Part shown: positions 31,400-40,227 of the stretch, piece by piece
Layout: each line of letters opens with the position of its first letter
Numbering within the stretch: the stretch's first letter is position 1
Origin: a bacterium
Lineage (GTDB): Bacteria > UBA8248
Direction of reading: 5' to 3'
NCBI GenBank assembly: GCA_965202625.1
Contig: CBDBBI010000010.1
Coordinates: 1,024,001-1,088,000, forward strand
Length of the DNA: 64,000 nucleotides
Made by a program: the position numbers and the translations under genes
Notes under the pieces: generated by a model
Seen by the model: only the letters and a program-made list of their open reading frames with translations
Databases searched by the model: none
What the model was told of the DNA's origin: nothing

Positions 31400-31578
31400 C
31401 TCGCCTATCGTCAAGCAACTTGCAGAGCGGCCTTGGCTACCGTGTCGCCTGCCAAACGCAAAACCGCTCCGCGTGGGCGGAAACAGGCAGGAACCCACCA
31501 CTGGGCTGTGCGTTGTTTGGCGACGGACCCGGCTTTGTCATTAGGCATGTTTCTTTTTTTCAGGGAGGAGGTCTCAAC

Positions 31579-32244
31579 ATGAAGAGATGGGGATTTCTGT
31601 GCGCAGCGGCTGCTCTCATTTTGGTCTTGTCGGCTCCCCTCATGGCAAGAGCACAAGAGGGGGGAAGTCAACAAGAGGGGGCGGGGAAATGGTATTGGAA
31701 ATTCAACGTGGGGATATTGTCGCCAAGAGATTTGGAGAGCACCGCACCACCCTCACCTACCCTCAACGCGGACATTGATACCGGGGTTTTCGTGAGCACC
31801 TCCGTTGGCCGTTCTTTCGGTCGCCTGAGGGGAGAGGTGGAGGTTTTGTATGGAGAAGTCGATTACACACTGGACGCAACTACAAGAGGCGTGAACGGAG
31901 ACGTCGTCGACATCACTCGCATCGGGGGGGAGTTCGCGGAGTTCGAAGCCAAAATTACGGGGCTGATGTTCAACGCATGGTTTGACCTGGGCGCGAGCGA
32001 CTGGGCACTCAACCCCTACGTAGGGGGAGGGGTTGGAGTGATGCATCTCGACGTGCCACGTGGTACCGACAGCGGCTTCTCCTGGCAACTCGGTGCGGGC
32101 GCAATTTTTCCCATAGGCAATAATCTGGCACTTGACGCCAGCTACCGGTTTCTGAACACCGCCTACGAACCTGAAATTTTCTCTATTGTGTATGAGGATA
32201 TCGAGGCACACGCATTCTTGCTGGGCATCAAGCTCACGTTCTAG
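31579..32244 (+). CDS. Outer membrane beta-barrel protein (OmpA/Opa-like)
   Basis: GGAGGAGG RBS, signal peptide, NPYVGGGVG, WQLGAG, terminal Phe. Confidence 0.88.
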   Translation: MKRWGFLCAAAALILVLSAPLMARAQEGGSQQEGAGKWYWKFNVGILSPRDLESTAPPSPTLNADIDTGVFVSTSVGRSFGRLRGEVEVLYGEVDYTLDATTRGVNGDVVDITRIGGEFAEFEAKITGLMFNAWFDLGASDWALNPYVGGGVGVMHLDVPRGTDSGFSWQLGAGAIFPIGNNLALDASYRFLNTAYEPEIFSIVYEDIEAHAFLLGIKLTF

Positions 32245-32256
32245 TCCGATTCGCAC

Positions 32257-32296
32257 AAGGCCGGCCCCTGCTGATGCGGGGCCGGCTTTTGTTTTT
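32257..32296 (+). terminator. Rho-independent terminator
   Basis: GCCGGCCCC/GGGGCCGGC stem followed by TTTTGTTTTT. Confidence 0.85.
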
Positions 32297-32390
32297 GTGC
32301 TCGTTGCCCAAGGGAGTCGCCAACCCCAAAAACACCCAGCGGGCACAGGAATTGCTCGGCAGCGGGGGCCGGGGAGGCAGCTGGCTTTGC

Positions 32391-33152
32391 TTAAGAGGTG
32401 AGGAGAGATTTCTCCTGAATGGTTCTTGATGGGTTGATTCCAAACGCTTGAGGCATTTCAGTCCACGTTCTGCCATCCAGCGTTCGACCCGTCTTTTTCT
32501 TGAATACGCCGCCCCATTGCTTGAAGAAAAAAGGCGTGCCGCTGCCCACGCAATTATCCCGAATCTCTCGCGCCCAGTCCGGCTCCATGGGCCTTGCGCC
32601 CGGACCGCTTTCGCCGCCGACGATGACCCAGTCAATGCCGTCCAGATCCAGACTCGGCAAGGGTTCAAGCAGCGGCTCAAGAGAGAGAAACTTCGTTCGG
32701 GCACCCGTTTGCCGGAGCAGGCGCGCCCGGTTCAGAAAATCCGCAGACTCAATGCTCGTCCCCAGCCAGATGTTCGGCGTCCAGCGAAGCCGCCGGCTCC
32801 ACCGGACAGCGCGTCCCGGCCGCTTCGTGAGCACCTGAAACGTGTGCTGGGTCGCGCGGTTCATCACCCCGAACACGGCCTCAAGGAAGTCCAGCGGCAC
32901 CGCTCGGTGAAACAGATCGCTCATAGAGTTCACGAAAACAAGGCGCGGCTTGCGCCACTTCAGAGGCTCTTCCAGAATGGATGGGTGGGTTCTGAGCGAA
33001 AAGCCGTCCGCGTACTTGCGGGTCCCCATCCCCTGGAGCCGCCTCGACATCCGCGCAGCGTAACAATGCTTGCACCCGGGGCTGATCTTCGTGCAACCGG
33101 TAGTCGGGTTCCAGGTGATTTCCGTCCACTCTATGCCGGAAACTTTAGGCAT
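32391..33152 (-). CDS. DUF5131 (phage Gp37/Gp68) family protein
   Basis: IEWT..TWNP.TGC.KISPGC.HCYA, NSMSDLFH, WVIVGGESG, FFFKQWGG. Confidence 0.92.
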   Translation of the reverse strand: MPKVSGIEWTEITWNPTTGCTKISPGCKHCYAARMSRRLQGMGTRKYADGFSLRTHPSILEEPLKWRKPRLVFVNSMSDLFHRAVPLDFLEAVFGVMNRATQHTFQVLTKRPGRAVRWSRRLRWTPNIWLGTSIESADFLNRARLLRQTGARTKFLSLEPLLEPLPSLDLDGIDWVIVGGESGPGARPMEPDWAREIRDNCVGSGTPFFFKQWGGVFKKKTGRTLDGRTWTEMPQAFGINPSRTIQEKSLLTS

Positions 33153-33154
33153 GG

Positions 33155-33895
33155 CTAAATGTGACCCAGAATGTGGCCTGCAATCCGAGTAGCTGGAGCA
33201 ATTCCCCTGGGGTGGCCTACGCAAAACATAAATTCAAATAGCGCCGAATTCTTGGAGTTTTTAAGAGTTCGGGATTTTTCGAGAAACCTGTCTCTAAATA
33301 AGCACTTAAGATTTCTTTTGTATATGGAGGTCAGGCCCCCGACGCCAGAGTCTCTCTCATAATGAAGACCTCCAAATAGATCAGTGTTTTCCTGATACAG
33401 GCCTCTCCATCTCTCATCACCGAATACTTTTGTGAGTCGCTCAGCCCACTTTGGCTCAACTTCCTCGGGCATTCTTGATTTCGGCAACATCCTAGCAACA
33501 GCGGACGTAGGGAAGAGAATCCAGGTATCGAGCACCTTAAGGTTGGCTATCTTTTCAATAGTCGCCCATGCAACTTCCGTGGCGAAGCGCCGCTTCGCCG
33601 CCGCGTCCGCCGCGCAAAACCCGCTGTCGTGGGCCTCCGAGGTTGCCACAATGTGTTCAATGTCCGTCTGGTGCCTGCTGGAAAACGTCCGCCCGGTGTA
33701 TGGCCCATACGTCCGGCCCCCAAGACCGGCAACGATGCGGGCCTCAAGAGATTGCGAATACGGATAGTCGCGCCGCTTGTCGTAGGGTGCGCACCGGTGC
33801 TCGGGTGCGACCACGAGGCCGCGCCAGGTGTCAGCGGCCCACATGGTTGCGGGAGTGAGCGCAACGAGAGCGAAAACGAATATACACAAAATCAC
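33155..33895 (-). pseudogene. In-frame chimera: secreted HNH-type nuclease N-half fused to three-Cys-motif partner (TcmP) C-half
   Basis: Signal peptide and DIEHIVA..EAHDSG, then an abrupt switch at FA to TEVAWATIEKIA..DTWILFP..LKNSKNSALF; GC drops at the junction. Confidence 0.7.
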
Positions 33896-33925
33896 CCTTC
33901 ATCCACCCCCTTGGTGCCGACCGCC

Positions 33926-34246
33926 TTAACGGTTTCCCTCTTTGCATCGAACGCGGTAATAGATTCGGCTGCCCGCAGCGCCGAGGTTATATTCCCGAAT
34001 CACTTTCCGCTCGAAAATCTCGTATCCACCGGGGCACAAGTCGTTGTCAGTGAGGTAGAGCTTGAGCCTCGATAGTCTGTTGGATTCAGCGGAGGAGCTG
34101 TCATGCGGAGTGAGCGGGCCAGCTACCGCCTCGTACTGAAACGTCCCGTCGGACAATGGCCTGAATCTGGTATCGAATATAGTGTCGTGCGCAGAACAAC
34201 CCATTAATGCCAGGAACGCAAAAACGGCCAGGCCTTTCGCAAACAT
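33926..34246 (-). CDS. Small lipoprotein, copy 1
   Basis: GGAGGAGG RBS, lipobox LMGC, CPGGY..C. Confidence 0.8.
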   Translation of the reverse strand: MFAKGLAVFAFLALMGCSAHDTIFDTRFRPLSDGTFQYEAVAGPLTPHDSSSAESNRLSRLKLYLTDNDLCPGGYEIFERKVIREYNLGAAGSRIYYRVRCKEGNR

Positions 34247-34412
34247 CGGCTCCTCCTCCCTCAAAAAGTCCGCGCCATCCAGCACACCTCTCCCAAAACC
34301 TCCGCACCGCGCGGAGGCGGGATGGGCTCCCACGCCGGATGATCGCTCTCCAGAATCCACCGCCCCTCCACCCACACCGCGCGCGGCCACAGCGAACAGG
34401 CTGCAGACCGCC

Positions 34413-34739
34413 TTAACGGTTTCCCTCTTTGCATCGAACGCGGTAATGGATTCTGTGGGCCAAAGCGTCGGAGCCATATTCCCGAATCGCTATCCGCTCG
34501 AAAACCTCGTATCCACCGGGGCACAAGTCGTTGTCAGTGAGGTAGAGCTTGAGCCTCAATAGTCTGTTGGCTTCAGCGGAGGCACTCTTCGGCGGATAGA
34601 ACGGGCCAGCTACCGCCTCGTACTCAAACGTCCCGTCGGACAATGGCTTGAATCTGTGATCGTATCCAGTGATGCGCGCAGTAGTACAACCCATTAATGC
34701 CAGGAACGCAAAAACGGCCAGGCCTTTCGCAAACATCAT
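34413..34739 (-). CDS. Small lipoprotein, copy 2
   Basis: Same framework as copy 1, directly downstream of the repressor. Confidence 0.8.
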   Translation of the reverse strand: MMFAKGLAVFAFLALMGCTTARITGYDHRFKPLSDGTFEYEAVAGPFYPPKSASAEANRLLRLKLYLTDNDLCPGGYEVFERIAIREYGSDALAHRIHYRVRCKEGNR

Positions 34740-34750
34740 CTCCTCCTCCC

Positions 34751-35527
34751 TCAAAAAGTCCGCGCCATCCAGCACACCTCTCCCAACACCTCCGCCCCGC
34801 GCGGAGGCGGGATGGGCTCCCACGCCGGATGATCGCTCTCCAGAATCCACCGCCCGTCCACCCACACCGCGCGCTTGACCAGCAAGCCATCCTCGCCGCG
34901 CACCACGAATATCCGTCCGCTGTGCAGGTGCTTTTTTTTCATGTCAATGAGAATGGAGCAACCCGCCGGCAGCGTCGGCTCCATGGATTCGCCCGCCACG
35001 CGGATGATGCGGCACTGGGCGGCCTCCAGCCCTTGCTCCCTCAGCCACTCCGCGCGAAACGCCAGACGTCCCGCCACCGTCTCGCTGTCCGCCTCCGCAC
35101 CGCCTCCCGCCGCCGCGTCCACCTCCACGATTTCCACGTGACGGAAATGGAAAGCGTCCGTATTTCCGGCGGCCTCCGATTCTGCCGCGTCGCGCAATTT
35201 GTCCAGGGTACCGGCCGCATCGCGCAAGCGGGAGAGCTCCGCATCGAAAGCCTCCTCCAGCATTCGCTTCGCCGAGCCCTCCTGGAGTGCCGCCGCCCCT
35301 GATGCATCGGGCACCCCTGATGCACCGGGTGGGGCGACGAGAGGAAATTCAATGCCCAGAGCTTCGCAAATCTGGGCGGCGCGCCCGATAGAAGGTTGCT
35401 GTCCGTCCAGGATTCCCTGGAAACTTCGCACAGGAATCCCCGCACGCATTGCCGCCGCGCGTACGGACTCACCATTCCTTGCGAGGTGATCACGAACATC
35501 TTTCACAAACCGTTCCCTTACTCCCAT
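34751..35527 (-). CDS. Phage CI-like repressor (HTH plus S24 peptidase)
   Basis: N-terminal HTH, AAAGGG cleavage region, GESMEP Ser, VKR Lys. Confidence 0.9.
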   Translation of the reverse strand: MGVRERFVKDVRDHLARNGESVRAAAMRAGIPVRSFQGILDGQQPSIGRAAQICEALGIEFPLVAPPGASGVPDASGAAALQEGSAKRMLEEAFDAELSRLRDAAGTLDKLRDAAESEAAGNTDAFHFRHVEIVEVDAAAGGGAEADSETVAGRLAFRAEWLREQGLEAAQCRIIRVAGESMEPTLPAGCSILIDMKKKHLHSGRIFVVRGEDGLLVKRAVWVDGRWILESDHPAWEPIPPPRGAEVLGEVCWMARTF

Positions 35528-35528
35528 G

Positions 35529-35618
35529 TGGCAATGTATAGCATATTGTGCCCCCAAATTGCCATTGGCATTATAATGCAAATATGGGCTTGACATCTTG
35601 GCGTAATAAAGCCATATT
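35529..35618. promoter_or_regulatory. Divergent phage switch with three operator-like repeats
   Basis: TGGCAATGTATAGCA, TGGCATTATAATGCA, TGGCGTAATAAAGCC; TTGACA at 35590 with CATATT 17 bp later. Confidence 0.6.
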
Positions 35619-35624
35619 GGCCTT

Positions 35625-35873
35625 ATGACGCCAAACCAGATCATCCACCTTATAGACGTCATGGCCGAGGCGACCGCCCGAAGCCCGCACACGCTCGCCC
35701 GCTACGCTGCCGGCTCCGGAGATTTCTACGCGCGCCTGAAGGTTGGACACGACATCACGACCCGCCGCGCCGCGCGCGTCGTTCAATGGTTCTCCGATCA
35801 ATGGCCCTCCGACCTGGAGTGGCCGTCGGACGTTCCCCGCCCTGTGCCGAAAGCGAAGGAGAGTGCCGCGTGA
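35625..35873 (+). CDS. Cro/Ner-like small DNA-binding protein
   Basis: Divergent from the repressor; WFSDQWPSDLEWPSDVPRP tail. Confidence 0.75.
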   Translation: MTPNQIIHLIDVMAEATARSPHTLARYAAGSGDFYARLKVGHDITTRRAARVVQWFSDQWPSDLEWPSDVPRPVPKAKESAA

Positions 35874-36628
35874 GCGGGTGCGATCTGCGGGTGATAACGG
35901 AGGAATCCCCCCCCGTTTCGCCGGCGAAACAGGCACACGAAGCGCCGCGGCCCCTCTTTCATGAAGGGCTTGGGCGGGATCGCTGGGCGGAGATCGGGCG
36001 CGATCTTTCCCACTGGGCGGAGAACACGCAATGGGAAATGGGAGAATGGGCTCTGTTTGGGGAGGCGTCTTTTGGCGAGAGGACGCTGCGGGAGGTGGCG
36101 TCCGGTCTGAAAATCAGCGCGGGCAAACTGTCCAACTGCCGACTGGTCGCCAAGAATTTCCCCGCGTTTCGCCGGCGAAACGCCTTGAGTTTTTCTCACC
36201 ATCTCGAAGTGGCGCGCCTGCCGCAAGCGGAGGGCGACGAAATTCTCGCCCGCGCCGAGGCGGATGGATGGACGCGAGAGCAGATTCGGAAGGAAGCGCG
36301 CGAAGCGCGGGCGGCGGTGCTGGCGTGCCTGGTGCGCGAGAACGAGGCGCTTCGCGCGGAGAATGCGCGGCTCAAAACCACGCCGGCGGCGGCGAAGGAT
36401 GCGGCGCGCGACCTGGAGAGACGCGCGAAGGCCGCCGCCCGAAAGGTGAGCGCGGCGTTTGCGGACCTCGCGCGGGTACTGGGCGAGGCGGGTGCATCGG
36501 CGGAAATCACAGGTTTGCACGGCAACGCGCGCGCGGCACTCGACGCGCGCCTGAAACGCATCGTGTGCTCGGCTGGAAGGGATGCGGCCGGCGTGCAGAT
36601 GCGCTTCACTTTCGGGGCGGGCGAATGA
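35870..36628 (+). CDS. Phage protein with LmbU-like domain
   Basis: WEMGEWALFGE, RRRNALSFSHHLEVA, ARAEADGWT; GTGA/ATGA overlaps with neighbours. Confidence 0.65.
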   Translation: MSGCDLRVITEESPPVSPAKQAHEAPRPLFHEGLGRDRWAEIGRDLSHWAENTQWEMGEWALFGEASFGERTLREVASGLKISAGKLSNCRLVAKNFPAFRRRNALSFSHHLEVARLPQAEGDEILARAEADGWTREQIRKEAREARAAVLACLVRENEALRAENARLKTTPAAAKDAARDLERRAKAAARKVSAAFADLARVLGEAGASAEITGLHGNARAALDARLKRIVCSAGRDAAGVQMRFTFGAGE

Positions 36629-37284
36629 ATCCCCACGCCCGTGAAACCGCCCAGCAACCCTCTTTCATCGCCCTGGAAACGCCCGAAAAACTCCCTTGCA
36701 ACGACCTGGAAACCGCCTGGAACGCCGCCACGGACGCCCAGAAAGAGCGCGCCGTCAAGCGGCTGCGTGCGGTCGAGCGTTCCGAGGCTTTGGCGGCGGA
36801 GGGGATAGTGCGCGCGGAGGCGGACGGAATAGCGGCACTTGAATGCGGCGCGTCCAAATCCGCCGTCGCCACCTGGCGGCGTCGCGCACGAGGTGCGGGG
36901 CGGGGAGATAGACTGCGCACGCTTCTTGACGCACCGGGGCGCGGACGGCCGCGTGCAGAATGGACGGGCACGGCGGCGGAGACGCTCTGGACGCTGTGGC
37001 GCACGGACTGGCTCCGAGAGGAAGCACCGGATGCGGCGGCGGCACATCGGCGGGTGGAGGCGGTCGCCCAGGCGCGGGGCTGGGAATGTCCGCCCCTCCA
37101 GGCGTTCACCCGCAGGGTGCGGCGCGAGGTTTCCCGCCGCGAAGTCGTACGCGCGCGCAAGGGTGCCCTCGCCGCCATGAACACCTCGCCCCACCAGACG
37201 CGAAGCGTGGAGGCGGGATGGGCTCCCACGCCGGATGATCGCTCTCCAGAATCCACCGCCCCTCCACCCACACCGCGCGCTTGA
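36625..37284 (+). pseudogene. Mu-like transposase N-terminal DNA-binding region, truncated
   Basis: Position after cI/ner, WLREEAP..AAHRR..ARGW, PHQTRSV; ends in foreign sequence before any DDE domain. Confidence 0.65.
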
Positions 37285-37297
37285 CCAGCAAGCCATC
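37209..37297. repeat. 89-bp direct copy of repressor segment 34803-34891
   Basis: Identical except CCCCTCC vs CCCGTCC. Confidence 0.93.
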
Positions 37298-37351
37298 TCG
37301 GTAGAGGCACACGTCGGCTTTTGTTCTTGTTCAATAGTCGAAGTCCCTCCT

Positions 37352-39247
37352 CTACTTCCCCGGATAGCCCAGGCCGGCGAGGGTCTCGGCGATCTCGGGC
37401 AGGATGGCCGGGTCGTCAATGGTGGCAGGTGCCTTGTATTCCTCGCCGTCGGCGATGCGCGACATCGTTCCCCGTAAAATTTTGCCCGAGCGCGTCTTGG
37501 GCAGGCGCTTCACCACTGCCGCCTGACGGAATGCGGCCACGGCGCCGATCTGGCGGCGCACGAGCTGCACCACCTCGCCGACGACCTCCGCATCCTCCCT
37601 CTCAACGCCCGACGTCAAGACCAGAAAACCGAGGGGAAGCTGGCCCTTGAGCTGATCCTTCACTCCGATGACGGCACACTCCGCCACGTCGGGATGCGAG
37701 GTCAACACCTCCTCCATCGCGCCCGTGGAGAGCCTGTGGCCCGCCACGTTGATGATGTCGTCCGTCCTCGACATCACATAGACGTAGCCCTCCTCGTCCA
37801 CGTAGCCGGCATCGCCCGTTTTGTAGAAGCCCGGATATTCGCTCAGATAGGAATCGACAAAACGCGCGTCCGCGTTCCAGAGGGTGGGGAGACAACCGGG
37901 CGGCAGGGGCAGTTTGACGCACAGCGCGCCCATCTCGCCCGCACCCAGTGCGCGGCACTCGCTGTCGAGAACCCGAAAATCGTAGCCGGGAACGGGCTTC
38001 GTGGGGGAGCCGTATTTGACGGGCAGATGCTCGATTCCGATGGAGTTCGCCAGCATCGGCCAGCCGCTCTCCGTCTGCCAATAGTGGTCGATGACGGGAA
38101 CCCCCAGCTTATCCTCCGCCCACTGCACCGTGTCCGGGTCGGATCGCTCCCCCGCCAGAAAAAGGGTGCGGAAACAGCCGAGGTCGTAATTTCGCATGAG
38201 TTCAGCGTCCGGATCATCGCGCTTGATAGCGCGAAACGCCGTGGGCGCCGTGAACAAAACCTTCACCCCATGCTCGGAGATGACGCGCCAGAAAGCGCCT
38301 GCGTCGGGCGTGCCCACGGGCTTGCCCTCAAACAGGATGGTCGCGCAGCCGTGGAGCAGCGGCGCATACACGATGTAGGAATGCCCCACCACCCAGCCTA
38401 CGTCGGACGCCGCCCAGAACACCTCGCCCGGCGCCACGCCATACACGTTTCGCATCGACCACTTGAGCGCCACCATGTGGCCGCCGTTGTCTCGAACCAC
38501 CCCCTTGGGCTGTCCCGTCGTGCCCGAGGTGTAGAGGATATAAAGGGGGTCCGTGGCGGCGACGGGAACACAGGCCGCAGGCATCGCGCCCCGCAGCGCA
38601 TCGCCCCATTCGACGTCGCGGCCCTCGATGAGCTCCGCCTCCGCCTGGGCGCGCTGCAGGATGACGCACTTCTCCGGCTTCACGCTCGAGAGGTTGATCG
38701 CCTCATCGAGCAGGGGCTTGTAGGCGATGACGCCCGAGGGTTCCACTCCGCACGAGGCGGATATCATGAGTTTCGGCTTTGCGTCCTCGATCCGCGCCGC
38801 CAGCTCGTTCGGTGCGAACCCGCCGAAGACGACCGAGTGCACCGCGCCGATGCGCGCGCAGGCGAGCATGGAGATCGCCGCCTCGGGTACCATCGGCATG
38901 TAGATGATGACGCAGTCGCCCTTCTCCACCCCCAGGGATTTGAGCGCGCCCGCGAAATGCGCCACCTCGCGCAGCAACTCCCCATAGGTGAACTTTCGGG
39001 CAGGCGCACCCGTGATGGGGGTGTCGTATATCAGGGCGAGTTGATCCGCGCGTCCCGCCTCGACGTGACGATCCAGTGCGTTGTAGCAGGTGTTGACCTC
39101 GCCTCCTGCGAACCAGCGATAGAAAGGAGGGCGGGAATCATCCAGCACCCTCTCCCATCTCTTGTGCCAGTGCACGTCCTCCGCCGCCTCCGCCCAGAAC
39201 GCCTCCGCGTCCAAGAGAGAGCGGGCGTGAACCTCTGCGTAGCCCAT
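37352..39247 (-). CDS. prpE: Propionyl-CoA synthetase
   Basis: YTSGTTGQPKG, RDNGGH, DHYWQTE, RLPKTRSGKILR, PATIDDP. Confidence 0.88.
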   Translation of the reverse strand: MGYAEVHARSLLDAEAFWAEAAEDVHWHKRWERVLDDSRPPFYRWFAGGEVNTCYNALDRHVEAGRADQLALIYDTPITGAPARKFTYGELLREVAHFAGALKSLGVEKGDCVIIYMPMVPEAAISMLACARIGAVHSVVFGGFAPNELAARIEDAKPKLMISASCGVEPSGVIAYKPLLDEAINLSSVKPEKCVILQRAQAEAELIEGRDVEWGDALRGAMPAACVPVAATDPLYILYTSGTTGQPKGVVRDNGGHMVALKWSMRNVYGVAPGEVFWAASDVGWVVGHSYIVYAPLLHGCATILFEGKPVGTPDAGAFWRVISEHGVKVLFTAPTAFRAIKRDDPDAELMRNYDLGCFRTLFLAGERSDPDTVQWAEDKLGVPVIDHYWQTESGWPMLANSIGIEHLPVKYGSPTKPVPGYDFRVLDSECRALGAGEMGALCVKLPLPPGCLPTLWNADARFVDSYLSEYPGFYKTGDAGYVDEEGYVYVMSRTDDIINVAGHRLSTGAMEEVLTSHPDVAECAVIGVKDQLKGQLPLGFLVLTSGVEREDAEVVGEVVQLVRRQIGAVAAFRQAAVVKRLPKTRSGKILRGTMSRIADGEEYKAPATIDDPAILPEIAETLAGLGYPGK

Positions 39248-39765
39248 GCCTTCTCCTTCCAGGGAAAACCTGTATCTTTATTTTCATGATCACGTGAAGA
39301 CGCATCATACCAAACTCCGCCTCTGCCTGCCTGGAGGATTCTTCGCAGATGCACAAACCCTCGACGCGCGCGACGCCGCCAGTCCCGAACCCATCATCAA
39401 AAACGGGATGGCGAGGCCCCATAATAAAACCCCATGCGCACTCGATGCACACCCCTTGCATCGTTTGTGCAACGCCCTTTCCCGCCCCCTGAAACGGCGG
39501 GTTTTCCAGGGGATTTTCTTCTGAAAAACCGGCGCATTTTTCACCCGTTCGCAATGATTTTCATCGGGCCAGAGCGGCGAGAAAACGATTTCGCCAAGGG
39601 AGGCACCGCATTTCAAGCGATAGGCGTTGCGCACGGACGCCTCCAGGTCGAGAATTTCGTCTTTCACGGACATTTTTTTGCGCCTTTCGCCCAGGTCATT
39701 TTTTGCTATACTTCTCCCCATGGTGTTTGCTTTCGTGAGTTGCTCTCATTCCAAAGGGGCGATCC

Positions 39766-40224
39766 ATGGCGTCATCAGAGACGAAAGCGGCACCTGACGG
39801 GCGGCGCGGCTTCATCGCCACCCTCTTTATGCTTGGCGGCCTCATCGTCAGCTATGGAACGGCCGCCGTCTATGGATTGCGCTATCTTTTCGGCAGGCAG
39901 CTTCCTCCCCGCATGACGCAAGTCCTCACCGCCACCCTTTCCGCCATCCCCGACGGCGGAAGCATCATCGGGAGCGATCTGTCGGGCAGAAAATTCCTGC
40001 TCGTGCGCGCGGGCGATACGGTGCGCGCGTTTTCCACCGCCTGTACCCATCTGGGATGCCAGGTCTATTGGCAGGACGAGAAGAAGGTGTTCTTCTGTCC
40101 CTGCCACAACGGCTTCTTCGACGCCGACGGCAACCCCACGTCGGGGCCTCCGCCCACACCGCTCGCCCAATACCCCGTCGAAATACGCGGGACGAGCATT
40201 TTCGTCACCATGCCCGAGGCCTGA
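39766..40224 (+). CDS. Rieske iron-sulfur subunit
   Basis: Tat-like RRGF, TM helix, CTHLGC and CPCH, GPPP. Confidence 0.93.
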   Translation: MASSETKAAPDGRRGFIATLFMLGGLIVSYGTAAVYGLRYLFGRQLPPRMTQVLTATLSAIPDGGSIIGSDLSGRKFLLVRAGDTVRAFSTACTHLGCQVYWQDEKKVFFCPCHNGFFDADGNPTSGPPPTPLAQYPVEIRGTSIFVTMPEA

Positions 40225-40227
40225 GCC

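Larger units (their letters stand above)
33919..34874. repeat. Tandem duplication (33919-34384 and 34406-34874): repressor 3' end plus lipoprotein gene
   Basis: Long identical blocks interrupted by clustered differences. Confidence 0.95.

Noticed and set aside
31400-31550. 6S RNA or c-di-GMP riboswitch
   Set aside because: Only fragments of either consensus are present, so it is kept as an unassigned structured leader.
33919-34874. Diversity-generating retroelement TR/VR pair
   Set aside because: Differences are not adenine-specific, include an indel, both copies are full genes, and no reverse transcriptase is in the window.
39305-39721. Hypothetical ORF between prpE and the Rieske gene
   Set aside because: Only the first 30 or so codons from 39673 look protein-like; no family recognised.
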